Shown piece by piece: positions 21,672 through 33,513 of a DNA stretch of 64,000 nt (positions are counted from its first letter, which is position 1; each line of letters opens with the position of its first letter). Location of the stretch: positions 1,798,001 through 1,862,000 of the forward strand of contig AP026124.1 of NCBI GenBank assembly GCA_030295235.1, in the 5' to 3' direction. Origin of the DNA: Fistulifera solaris. Taxonomy: Eukaryota. The position numbers and the translations under genes are program-made. The notes beneath the pieces were generated by a model that saw only the letters and a program-made list of their open reading frames with translations, was not told the origin of the DNA and made no database searches.

Positions 21672-22688
21672 ATGGACTTAATTAATACGCTTTATCAGTC
21701 ATCGCTAGCCTCTGCCTCTCAACGCAAGAAACGCCGTGTTTATTCCGAAGCACAAATCGTGAACCTGCTCGGCCGCTGTGATGAAGCCATCAAGTCGTTG
21801 TCGGGGACGTCCGCCCGCTACACCCAGGAAGAAGAGAACGCGCATCTAGTAAATCAAGCCGAGGAACTCTGTAGTCGTGCGCACTTCACCACAGAGCCAG
21901 AGTTGACCAGAGAACTCAAGTCGATCAAATCGAGCAGTGTCAATGATACGCTGAACAATAAAGTCCCCACGACGACGGGAGGGCACAGCAACATTGATCA
22001 TCAAGTCCACTGGACGGGGGACTACGACACGGACAAGATTGCGGAACTAAGTCGACAGCTGATAGCTCGCGCTAGATACCAATCCGTCGAAACAATTCTC
22101 CCGGAAAATCGCTGGGATAAGAAGAAAATACCCGGCGAACGTCGGCGTCGTCTTGTCAGAGATATTGGGGCTCCTCCTCTACCTCCGCCTTCGGGTTATG
22201 TCCTTTTTCTCGGTCAGATGACTACCAAATGGCGCCATGATCGATCCAGCGAAGAGCATCGCCAGTCCAGAGTTATTGCCGAAGTCAGTAAATTGTGGAA
22301 GCACGCACTTACCGAAGAAGAACGAACTTACTACAATCACTTCGCGGAAGAAATTCGAGCTGAATACCGACAACAATTGTTAGAATATCGAGCGACCGGA
22401 TCGTTTACTCCCAGTGAGCTCTTTGAGCGACAAGAAGGTGTAGGATTGTGGGTTCACAAGAAAGTGAGCGAGAAGACCGAGCTGGAATTGGAAATCTCAC
22501 AATATGCTTCATTGAACTTTCCTCCGAGACCGCCTGAATTAGATGAAGAATACAAACGCCGATTCCAGGAGAGTGTTGAACGAAGAAAGAAGAAAAATCA
22601 AGCAAGAACTGGAAAAGAAGTACAAGAGAATGGAGGAGCAGGGAATTCAAGTCAGACGAAGAACCGTCAAGAAGAAGAAAAAAGTTGA
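21672..22688 (+). CDS. HMG-box protein
   Basis: DIGAPPLPPPSGYVLF..IAEVSKLWKHALTEEERTYY..AEEIRAEYRQQLLEY. Confidence 0.8.
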   Translation: MDLINTLYQSSLASASQRKKRRVYSEAQIVNLLGRCDEAIKSLSGTSARYTQEEENAHLVNQAEELCSRAHFTTEPELTRELKSIKSSSVNDTLNNKVPTTTGGHSNIDHQVHWTGDYDTDKIAELSRQLIARARYQSVETILPENRWDKKKIPGERRRRLVRDIGAPPLPPPSGYVLFLGQMTTKWRHDRSSEEHRQSRVIAEVSKLWKHALTEEERTYYNHFAEEIRAEYRQQLLEYRATGSFTPSELFERQEGVGLWVHKKVSEKTELELEISQYASLNFPPRPPELDEEYKRRFQESVERRKKKNQARTGKEVQENGGAGNSSQTKNRQEEEKS

Positions 22689-22784
22689 CAACGAGAAAGA
22701 TTGCGCGTCGGAAGAGAAATCAGCCGACGGTGAGTGGTGCAAATTAAAATTATAAATGTAAAACAAATCTTCTTTGCGATTATT

Positions 22785-23626
22785 TTAGAACACAACATCC
22801 GCATCATCACTAGCATCAAATTGAGCAGTAATGTCTTCTTCGTTCTCTTTTCCGACAGCGGGGCCCTTCCCTTCCTTTTTCAGTTTTTCCAACTCTTTTC
22901 TGCGACCTCCTTCTTTCCTTGGACAAGCTTCAATCTCGTAAAATCCTCGCGTTCCAACTCATCTAATTCGCGGCCAATGTATCCTAGTACTCCTTCAATC
23001 CGAGGAATGGTCACGTTCTCAAGCGCATTCACACGGCGGTTCGTCACTTTTAATGCTTCATCTAGAGTCATGAAACTGGTCTGCAAAGATGCCAACTTCA
23101 GCAACATATCTAGCAAAACAGTGAACTTTTCACGAACTTGTTGAATTTTCTTTCCTCCTCCCACAAGACCCAAACTTTGATTATCAGCAGCAGCCCCTGT
23201 TTCGTATTTTGTGAAAACAGGAAGTTTAACACCCGCTACATTGTCGACACCGGCTCCGACTCGAACCCTGGCTGTCATGGATCCATCCGCGGCCAACTTT
23301 TGTTTGAAATTGCCAGCTGCGTATTCCGCCTGTGTCAGTGAGAAATAGGCAGCTGATGCGTCAGTCGACATGTTGCTTTTCGTTTCAGCGATCATTTTCG
23401 CATAATCTCGAAATTTAACCTGTAAAAACACATTTTGAGTAAGAAGTACGAAGGCAAATATGTATCTCGTCTGAACGTAAAGGACCATTTTATCACTTGC
23501 TCGTCAAATCATCCTCACCTTGAGCGCGTCAGCTTTCTTCTTGAGAAGTTTGTGGCCACCTTGAGCTGCCTTTAACTTCCCTTTGAAGATTTGCTGGTTC
23601 ATACGAGTCGGAGGAACTTCCGACAT
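22785..23626 (-). CDS. ATP6V1D: V-type ATPase subunit D (intron 23420..23518; frameshift near 22898)
   Basis: PTRM..GHKLLKKKADAL, NVAGVKLP, LASLQTSF..TNRRVNALE, ELDELEREDFTRLK; adding one A restores the DDADVVF* end. Confidence 0.95.
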
Positions 23627-24100
23627 GGTTGCTCAGGTTCTTGTCAAAGGTCTAGTAACTTGGATGATGATATGTTTATTGCGACGTTCTTTCGCACTGG
23701 AAGTTTGAGGGTCACGACAACAACGGCAGAAGCGATCGCAAAACGCGAAGGAGGGCAAAATCGCCGTTGGAAAGTCCGTTCACCCCACCCGGCGTTCACT
23801 TGCTTCCATAGTCATTTCGTAGTATAGCGTATCTTGTGAAACACCATCGCCGAATGTCGTCCGCACTTTTTCACTAAGAGAAAATGATGCACAGTACCGG
23901 TATGACTTGCAGTCTTGCAGTGACTGACGCATGGCTGGGCAAAATTTGCGGTGTGAAAACTGACTACCAGGTAGAGGATGCCATGCCATAGCTAACAGAA
24001 AAAACAACGACGGTACCTGGTAGAGGCGTCTCTGTGCTCGACTAAATACGACTTTCGACGAAAGCTATATGAGTTTCTCAGGCTCCTTGACACGAGCGAA

Positions 24101-24919
24101 ATGCATCATATTTGTGAAGTGATTGCATGGTTGTGCTCTTCCCTGCTCCTCGGTTGCATTTGCTTATCGGTTGGTGCCTTCCAGCCCGGATCACACCTTC
24201 AATCGTCTCCTCCGTCTCATGCATGTCGTAAAAACTCATGCTTGCAAGTTGAGTATTCTTCGTTAAATACTGCGGCCGTTGAATACTTCGACGGATCGAA
24301 CATTGTGGATGGGGCTGTTGTTTCTCATACGTTCTGGAACGGTCTACAATCGAGAGTGGTCTCTTTCGCACTCGGAAATATGTTTGCTATAGTTGCATTC
24401 TCAATATTTACATCGATTGCCGCGCCAAGTATAACGAAAGCAGGAGAATGGGTCTCACAGAAATTATCATCGAACGAAGACGCAAAGTTGCAAGTACAAC
24501 GCAGGTCGGAAAGGCCACGAGAACGCCAATACTACAATGTGCCACCTCCTGACTTTTCAAAGCTTCTCATATGCGTCGCCATTGATATTCTTGGAAGCTC
24601 TAACGAGCTAGTCCCTGTCGTAGGCGAGGTTGTTGATTTTGTTTGGGCGCCTCTCGCGGCAACCCTTCTGCGATCTTTGTTCGGCGGAAGCAACGTTATT
24701 TTAATTCTAGAGCTAGCCGAAGAGATTCTGCCGTTTACCGATGTGCTCCCTCTGGCCACCATTTGCTGGGTAGTCGATACGTTCCTCGTGGATTCGGAGC
24801 TTGCTAAACTGCTGCAACTTGGAATATACCGCTCGGATGCATACCTCGTGACAGATGATGAGCAAGTGATCGATGTAGCGTCTTCAAAGAGTAATGATCC
24901 ATTAAATAAAGTAAAATAA
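24101..24919 (+). CDS. Probable plastid-targeted membrane protein of unknown function
   Basis: Signal peptide ending VGA-F; hydrophobic segments; VPVVGEVVDFVWAP and EEILPFTDVLPLATICW motifs. Confidence 0.65.
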   Translation: MHHICEVIAWLCSSLLLGCICLSVGAFQPGSHLQSSPPSHACRKNSCLQVEYSSLNTAAVEYFDGSNIVDGAVVSHTFWNGLQSRVVSFALGNMFAIVAFSIFTSIAAPSITKAGEWVSQKLSSNEDAKLQVQRRSERPRERQYYNVPPPDFSKLLICVAIDILGSSNELVPVVGEVVDFVWAPLAATLLRSLFGGSNVILILELAEEILPFTDVLPLATICWVVDTFLVDSELAKLLQLGIYRSDAYLVTDDEQVIDVASSKSNDPLNKVK

Positions 24920-25362
24920 AAAGAAGACTAACAAAGATAGTAAACAATGAAATACTCTCATATTGTAAGCAATTTCGCAGTGCTACATCGTCGTTCAGTT
25001 CGCCACTTTTATCCGAGCCGAAATACTGCTAGCATGATAACTTAGACCGTTCTTTATCGCAATGCACTCACCTTCAGCTGAATGTTGAGAGATCAAGATC
25101 TTGCGACTATGGACATCCTTAAGTGCGACGCGTTCTATGTGTTGCCAAATTACTGTAGCCTAAAAAGTAGACGACTTGTTTTCACGACTGCAGTTCAGTC
25201 ATGAGTAACATCTAGCGTACGCCGTACAGACGGAGTCAATGAGGACCAGCGTTTCTTTTTTTGGATTCTTCCTCGCATTTTGACACAAAATTATTCCCTC
25301 CACTCGCATGTTCTTTACACCCAAACGAACTAGAGACCTCTTACTAAGAACCAAGTTTACAA

Positions 25363-26529
25363 ATGGCAAAGGTAACAAGCGACGCAAGATTGCTGAAGGA
25401 GAGGATAAGCCCAAGGCCGTTGTCGAGAGCGAGGAAAACGATTTATCCGAAACGGAAGAAGAACCGTCAAAATCTGCCACCATCGCGACGGAGCCGTTTA
25501 TTAGTGATGGAAGATATCGAAACAAACAGCGCTGCCTTGTCTTGTGTTCCCGAGGTGTGACTGCTCGTTACCGTCATCTTTTGGAGGACTTACGAACGCT
25601 AATGCCACATCACAAGAAGGAATCCAAATTGGACTCAGGGAAAGAGGGCATCGGCCGCGCCGTCAACGACATTGCAGAGATGCGTGGTTGCAAGAGTGTC
25701 GTGCTGATTGAGTGCCGAAAGAGACAAGATGCTTATATGTGGCTAGGACGAGTCGGCGGGGGCTCGCCTGGTCCAACAGCACGTTTCCATGTCACAAACA
25801 TCCACACGATGGACGAGCTTCGACTGACAGGCAACTGCATGAAGGGTAGCCGGCCTTTTCTCACGTTCGATGAAAGTTTTAATCGCATTGGTCACCTCAA
25901 GCTACTAAAAGAAATTTTCATTGACACCTTTGGTGTTCCGCGGGGGCACCCTAAAAGCAAACCGTTCGTTGACCGTATTATGTCGTTCTACTACGCTGAC
26001 AAACGAGTAAGTTGCTGTTTTGTATTATGTCTTGTTGAAATTGCCATTGATTACAAAAATGATGAGCGTATGTCGGACCGCTGTAGTGGAATGAGAACAA
26101 CCTTCATTATTAGACTACGATGGAATGAGGCTTCATTTCTTAGGTGTGGTTCGCATCGCTGTCTCTGCTTAACTAACATCTCTTTCGTTCTAGATCTGGG
26201 TTCGTAACTATCAGATACTTGATCAGGTACCTACGACTGCGCTTGAGGCTCATCAAGCAAAGAAACAATACGGTCAAACCGAAACGACATCTTTGGTCGA
26301 AATTGGTCCTCGATTTGTCTTGGAACCCATCAGAATCTTCCGAGGTTCTTTCGGTGGTCAGTCCCTGTACCAAAACGATCATTTCATCTCTCCTAATGAG
26401 ATCAGAGCTCAAGAAAAGCGAATGAAAGGAAGAGAGTACGAAGACCGAAAAGATTCTCAGACGAAACGCCAGGAAAGGAAATCGCAGATCGTGGTCCCAG
26501 AGGATCCTCTTGCTTCTGTTTTCCGTTAA
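25363..26529 (+). CDS. BRX1: Ribosome biogenesis protein BRX1 (Brix domain); intron 26007..26193
   Basis: NKQRCLVLCSRG..RHLLEDL..PHHKKESK, NIHTMDEL..TGNCMKGSRP, HPKSKPF, IWVRNYQI, LVEIGPRF; likely start 25363 with one missing A. Confidence 0.93.
26054..26132 (+). ncRNA. Putative intronic box C/D snoRNA guiding 18S rRNA 2'-O-methylation
   Basis: Box C ATGATGA 26059..26065; guide AGACTACGATGG 26112..26123 antisense to conserved 18S CCAUCGUAGUCU; variant D box ATGA 26125..26128; second imperfect guide TATGTCGGACC; lies in a 187-nt intron. Confidence 0.7.
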
Positions 26530-26657
26530 AAAAAGACACCTATCATCTCACTCATTAGAGGTTAATACACATTAATCTATTAATCAACTCCTTCATTACC
26601 CTCTTGCACCAAAGAATTTCGAATACCGCCAATTTTTAAGGTTAGACCCGACATTTT

Positions 26658-28919
26658 TCATCTAAGAGTATCTTCACTGTTGAGATCGGCCACTATGTCA
26701 GTAATGGATTTTCCAGTCGTGGTGTCACTGTCGATGTGGAGGACTGAACTCAAAGTATCTGTCGCATTCTTACTACTTTTTATAACCACTGAAAAGAAGG
26801 CTCTCCATCGTTTGGTCCGGCCATGAAGACAAATCTGCAGAGCATGAACCTAAGATGTTGACCTTGAATAGTGTTGCTTTGACTGCAAATGGGATCTTAC
26901 CTTGAATTAGAGTTGATGGCCCTTGCGGATGAAACTCTAGCTGTACCACCTTTGACGAGGTAACTTTTCTTACCAAGTGCATCGACAAAGAAAACCCTTT
27001 GCCATTTTAGATGGTGGATCAAGCTCATCTCTTTGTATTGTCGAATTTGATCACAAGAACGAGCTTTTTGCCATTCTGATTGTGAAGAGGACTGAGAAAT
27101 CACGGCAACCCCTTTCCCGTCGCAAACTATGGTAGCGTCTCCTGCTTTAAGCGCATCAAATGTTGTTATGATAATCGAATACGAAGCCAGTTTTGCGATG
27201 GCAATATTGGGTGAAATACGCTCAGATCGTGGCATCTCCGGATGATTCAGGACGGAAAGAGAGCTTTCCTCACGCAGTGCTCTGCACCATGTCTCGACAT
27301 CCTCCTTCGCTCTCAGCACGATTAGTGTTTCTCCAACCTTTTCTCTTTGAGTTCCCTCATTCGGACAATAATCACTAAGAATATTCAAGATGACATCGAT
27401 GATTTGCTGCTCAGAGAGCGAAAGAATAAGACCTTTCCCATGTGATTGTGTGTCCTGACTGCGGATCCATTTCACAAGTCGCATAAGTTTTTGTTTCGTA
27501 CTATTCCTGTATCCATCGAAGGAATTCGGTATCGACTGCGTTAAGCATCGCCCTTTGCCTTTCTTTTCGAAATTCACTTGGAGCGGCTTGTACTGCATAT
27601 TCTTTCCTTCCTTTAATGATGGATTCAGAGAAATTTCCCGTAAGACTCGTTTCCCTCGATTCAACGTAGTCTTTTGCGGCGATAGTTCCCTGAGAGAATC
27701 GTCAAGCGGTTCGTCGTTCGAACCGTTAGCGTGCATAAAAGGAGAGGATGCAGTTGACAGGTTCAACAAGTTCGACGTGTGTTGTGACATTGGAGAGTCA
27801 GAGGTGAGGAAGTTGTTTCCGTCACTCAACGAAAGCTCGTGGAATGACGCTGCCGCGATTTCAGAAGGTTGATCGTACAAATTCAATTCGCCAAAGATTT
27901 CGGAAGGCCGTCCGTGTCGGGTCCTAGCTACATCTGCACCTTTTCTTTCCACTGGACATTGCTGTTCGCTTCTGTCCGTGGTAAACTAAAACTGGGGATT
28001 CGAATGGAGCTTTTGATCTTGCAATTTCGATAGCTGGCCTTTCCGTTTCGCTTTGGATTGAGCCACAATCGTTCTTATCAGGAGGAGATTTCGTCAAGGA
28101 AAGCTGTGTTGCTGAATACAAGGGATCAGACTTAGGTGAGATGTCGTTCTGGAGTAGACCGGCAGACAGTTTTTCGGGGTACTTTGTTGGATCAAGCGTT
28201 TCATCCATATCGTGCAGGCTGTCATCCGCAGTTTGTCGAAAAATTGAAGCCACACTCATATCGTCTGTGAAGCTACTGCGTGGCACGTTTTCAATGTTTA
28301 AGCGCTTCAGCAGTCCCAAGACAAAAATTCTCTCCGTATCTTTGCTCGCCTCATCCATATCCTGATAATTAGGATACTTCCCATCCCGATTGTAGTTGCC
28401 GATTGCTTTCTGCACGAAGTCGTGATATGTTGTCATGTACTCTTGCTCATTCGGTCCCGGTTGCCTGGTGCGAGCTCGTAGCTGCTTACGACTAGTGAGT
28501 TTTGAAGAGGGTGTTCTTCCTTTAGAATCCTTGATGATTTGGAAAGACGGTGTGCTTTTTTTAACACTGCCTCTAGGCTCTGTTTCTCTCTCTTCCACCA
28601 AAGGCGGCGATGACGAAGCTGGTGGTTTCTCCTTGCGGTCTCCACGACGTTGATTTCGAAGACTTTTCAATTCTTGCAAAGCGTCGAGGAGCAACGACCC
28701 CGAGAGAGTAGTGTCATTCAGCGATAAATCATTGTTTCGTCCGAGACTTCCGCGTCTTTCCTCGTTCTGATGCAAAACAAACTCATTTGAAACCCAGTTA
28801 ATATCGGCAGTCCGCGCCGTCGAGGCTGCACTCTCCTTGATGAAACTGTTTGAATCGACGAATATCTTAGTAGGCATGATTACCATTGAGGTTTGTTCAG
28901 ATGCTTTCAGGAATGTCAA
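26658..28919 (-). CDS. Hypothetical protein with degenerate SNF2/RAD16-like N-terminal ATPase fragment (frameshifts; intron 26835..26900)
   Basis: ETLIVL..ETW, LASYSIIITTFDAL, LIHHLKWQRVFFVD; two adjacent ORFs overlap near 27940; boundaries approximate. Confidence 0.45.
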
Positions 28920-29281
28920 AATTCAATCAAGTGGGCAGTGCGCGAGTTTATCCGGGTGTTGAGTACCGGTACCGTGCGGATAAAGCATAGGTTCGAATAT
29001 GTATATCACTTAAATTTCGTCTTTTTAAGACACTTAACGTTACCGTTAAAAAGCGCCAGCAATACTAGTAGTACGTAAGCAAATACGTAGTACAAGGGAT
29101 AGTCATCATGCACTATGCACTACCAGTATGCTACTATGCTTCTACGTTCTTACCTCGTACCCTAATGGAGCTTACTCCCATCGTTTGCAAACGTTGCGTC
29201 CGCAGCAAAAAAAAGAAACCAACACACAACCAATTCATTCTTCTTGCCTTTATCAAACTCTTTGATTTGTAAAAAACGCAA

Positions 29282-29664
29282 ATGGGGCTGTTTACTACTC
29301 TTTTCGGAGGAAGTCTTGGCTTTGCTGCTCAGGCTTATTCCAATTCGATCCGCAAGGTGCCAATTTCACGCCGTAAGTTGTTCGTCGGACACACGCCCAC
29401 CATCACCGGCTTTTTTTAAATCTGATCCATGATTATTCTTCCTTGTGATTTTTAGAACCGTGGAATCATCTCGGTATGTTCATTCTCGGATGCTACGCGG
29501 GAGCAAAATACCCCGAGTGGGAAGAAACGCTGGTGAATGATATTAATGCGATGCGCAGTGAGAAGGGATTGTCGCCGATGGTGGGAAGCAACAAATGGAT
29601 AAAATATTCTCTTCCCGAGGAGGAACCTAGACAAATTGTCGAGACTAATGAAACTTCGCCGTAA
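29282..29664 (+). CDS. NDUFC2: Complex I subunit NDUFC2/B14.5b-like; intron 29373..29455
   Basis: Spliced product MGLFTTLFGGSLGFAAQAYSNSIRKVPISRQPWNHLGMFILG..WE resembles the plant B14.5b pattern. Confidence 0.75.
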
Positions 29665-30262
29665 TTTGATGAATTTTCTTGCGTTGGGTGAAGTCTCTGA
29701 GAGAATTGGAGTGACTCAAAACGAATTCAGGTCGGTTGAAGAATTGAAAAGGTTACTTTCGTTTCGACATGATGAGCTAATATAATAATGTAAACAATTT
29801 TCGTAAGAATTGACGGAGTTATGATGAAATTAAGTGAAATGAGTCGTCTTTAGGGACGAAGCGAGTGTTCGTCCCGTTAGACTACTTTCAGTTCGCACCT
29901 TTATCTAGGATCCAAGAGAAAGCACATCTATTATTGAACTACAGACCGGTGAAACTCGTCGGTGCATCAAGAGACGGAGTGTGTTTTGTCCGTCAATGGT
30001 CGGAAAATTCTTTGTGTTGCGGGCAAGGATGGGGCAATTCGCATGCTCGTTGCTGGTTGTGCACAAGGAGAATAGATAAAGTGCTTCAAAGTGTTTAATA
30101 ATGAGAACTTAATATCCAGATCATTAAAGGCAAAGGACGGACTAACTAAACAGTGTGAACGATAATTCTCCTTGCAACAAAATGTTGTTAATCTGTAGTG
30201 CTTCTTAAATGAACTTTTTTTAATCGACGGATAAGAAGGCGCACACTTCGCTCTGTCGGAAT

Positions 30263-30469
30263 TTATTCCCAGATATTAATTATATCGATCCAGCTGGGTT
30301 TCGGCTCCGTCATCAGTCCGATCATGATGACGGCAGGTGTAAAGCCCCAATAGAGCAAAGTTTTCGTCTTTTGGAAAACAAAATTGATGTCGAGCACCAA
30401 CAGAGCTTTCTTCGTGAGCTGGCTAACACTCACCATACCATTAGAACTACGTCTTCGTGGAACGGGCAT
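30263..30469 (-). CDS. TOM7: Mitochondrial import receptor subunit TOM7
   Basis: 68 aa; KTLLYWGFTPAVIMIG..EPKPSW matches the TOM7 TM motif. Confidence 0.8.
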   Translation of the reverse strand: MPVPRRRSSNGMVSVSQLTKKALLVLDINFVFQKTKTLLYWGFTPAVIMIGLMTEPKPSWIDIINIWE

Positions 30470-31062
30470 ATTGACTGTACTTAAGAAATCAATTTATTTC
30501 GAGAATGAAGTCTGTGCACAAGGAAAAGAAAAAGTGAGCTGTTTCTGAGCGTATGCAGCTGCAACGATGAGCTGTTGTGCGTTACGCGATGCGCGACGCT
30601 CACCTACGTGATCGACAGATGAAATCGCAAAGTGATCAAAAGGCAGGGACAGAGACTAGTTGTTACAATGATAAACAGCAACGATGATTCTCTTCTGCGA
30701 ATTGTAAATTGTACCAGTTCGGCCGTATTTTCTTTTTTGTGATGCCGCACTGCACCGCGCTTCCGGGCTCCGCTGGCAGCGGTCGTCGGATGGACCGCTG
30801 TTGATGATTGGACATTGGACTCTGATTGGTAGCCCTAGCCGACTCTTACTAGGCCCTAGCCCTGGCCAAGCCCTAGCTTGCAATGGACTTGCCCTAGCAT
30901 GGGTTAGACTAACGACTAATAACCCTTCAAATAACAGCACCATTCCAGATTGAGATGATCTTTAAAAAAGAGCTACCGGTATATCCGACTACATCCCATT
31001 GTTTAGCTTCATTGCATCGTCTGGCAAAAATGCACAACGAAAAATAGAATAGTCTTCACATC

Positions 31063-32700
31063 TCAATTCCATCTAATTACATCTCGGCGGATACGATGTA
31101 AATACTGAAGTGCTTCATGAGCTGTTGCTCGTTCGTGTGGATCGATGACCAGAATGCGGCGCAGAAGATCTAAGAACCAGTCATCGTCAGATCTTATGTG
31201 GGACTCCAACGGAAGCGCCTTCCGGACAAAAGAGTAGTGTTCCGAAGTCAGCACTCGCCCAAGTCGATGAAGTCCAGTCGAGTCAAATGCTGATCTCGCT
31301 AGTTCAGGATCTTGGCAATCTTTTGATGCGTTAATCATACGGCGAGGGAAGAAGCCTATTTTTTCTCAATTAAAGCTAAGTGCTCCACATCGTCGTGGGT
31401 GGCGAATAACAGTTCACCGCTGTACAACTCCGCTAAAATGCAACCCAAAGACCACCTTAACAAGAAACGTGTTTTTGAGCCACAAGTATCTCGTCCGCAT
31501 CTAAATCATTTCGTACATTTACTTACATATCAGATGGCATACTCCAGCCCGTTCCAAGTATTACCTTCAGTGAGATAACAATATAGTGAGTGAGTGAGCG
31601 AGCGAGTAAATGTGATCAAACAACTGATGTACCGTTGACGAACTTACCTCTGGAGCTCTGTATTGTCGAGTGTTGATGACAGAAGACTTTTTGTCTGAGT
31701 CATAGCATGCTCCACCAAAGTCGATGATTTTTATCTTGGTGGACACGGGAACTCTCTGGTTTCGATATGTGACTTCCCTATCGTTCATTAGTAGCACGTT
31801 CTCAATTTTCAAATCAGTGTGAATCATCCGAATACTGTGCAAAAACTCGAGAGTTTCTAACAACTGCACGGTAAAATCTTGTACAAACAACATGGGAAAT
31901 GGCTGATAGTTGTTGCGCTTCAAAAAGTCGAATAGTGATGGGCCTAAATTCTCAAACACCAGGCAAAAATGACCATCGATTCGAAAAGTGTCAAGGAGAA
32001 GAACGCAGTGGGTTCTCCCTCTTCCTCCCTCGACGATTTGCTTCTGAAATGATACGTGCTTCAATAACTGCGCTTTCATAGTACCTCTTGACATTTCGTA
32101 CAATCTTGATTGCAACATACCTGTCTGGCTCGCGAGAAGACCGTTGTCCTCGATCCTGGTTTCGATCTGAAATCTGCAAGCACTCAACTACACGCCCAAA
32201 AGTGCCCATGCCTGCTTCTTTCACAATTTTGTAGCGGTGGCCGATGATTGCACCAGTTCTTATGTGATAGTGCCCAGTAGAATCATCGCGACAAGAACCC
32301 GACCGCACTGAATGCCTTTTTGAAGAATACGATTGCTTACTTCGCCTTTTGTCCTTATCGTTACGAGACTTTTCTTTTCGCTTGGCGACATCGGCGCTGT
32401 GTAACAACGAGCGAGATGTTTCGCTAGATGAGCTAGATGTACAGCGGTAAGAGAGCTCTTTTGGGCGATTCCCTCGTTTCTCGCTACTTCCCAGCATTCT
32501 ATTTCCTTGTCTTTCTGGTGATGTTGATGGTTCTCGTTGTCTTTTTGCCTCCTTCGGTGAGTTCCATCGAGTTCGAAATAAAGCTTTCTTGCGTCGTCTT
32601 CGATCTTGTCTAAGTCTTTCGCATTTCTTCTGCTACGCCTACGGCTTCGTTGGCTGTATTCGTAGCTGCATTTATGGCGATTTGCTGTTGCTTTTGTCAT
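31063..32700 (-). CDS. CLK: LAMMER/CLK dual-specificity kinase (two introns, several frameshifts)
   Basis: RS-rich N-terminus, [55 protein letters not shown]; introns at about 31566..31647 and 31458..31525. Confidence 0.9.
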
Positions 32701-33513
32701 TTCGATGACATCGAGAGATTATGACAATGGATACAATCGATACGAAATGTGAAGCACCATGCAATTCGGCTGCACATCCAACACGCAAGTTTCCGGGCTT
32801 TCACTCTGAAAGTGTGTGATCCCTGGAGTCAACTATAATGCGATGTTTGTGAAGTAACACTATTCTTGGGGTTCCAATACAAATGCGTTTACCTTTTAGT
32901 GTTTTCGTTTTGAAGTATATGCTTTGTATTCTTCGCTCGGATGCTCTTCCTTCAACCAATCGCGAAAAAATCTCCACTATGGATGAGCGTGAACCAACAA
33001 CGCGGACGGAAGACCAGACGGTAGGCTTCTGTTTTCTTTTTACTTCTGTTCACTATTCATTATCACAGTCTTCGGCGAAATGCCTTACTAATACTTATGT
33101 GGTTTACAATTACTTAACATGAATTGATGCTCATAGTTCGACAGTGCCATCGTCTGGTTGATTGTACTTAGAAGAAATCTTTAACTTTCGAAACTCTTCC
33201 GTACATTTAGTGCCTTCAATGTACAGTCTAACCTAGTGAAACTTGCCATTGACCGCCTAACAAACCAACACAGCTTTTTTGTTGTCAGGGCTGCAGGCTG
33301 CAGCCTTCGCCGCTGCAACATGCAGCTTCGATCGTGACGACCGAGCGGACTGTCAACAAAAGGCAATTTCCTCCGCCTTCTTCTTACTTTCTTTGTTGAA
33401 ACTTTTTGAAAGCCGCTGGTTCGAACCACAACGAATCGTTTAATTATCAAGGCAAAATCGGACTTAAGTCGCACGGTTTGACATTCTAGTTCATTCTGAG
33501 TGACTACGTATCA

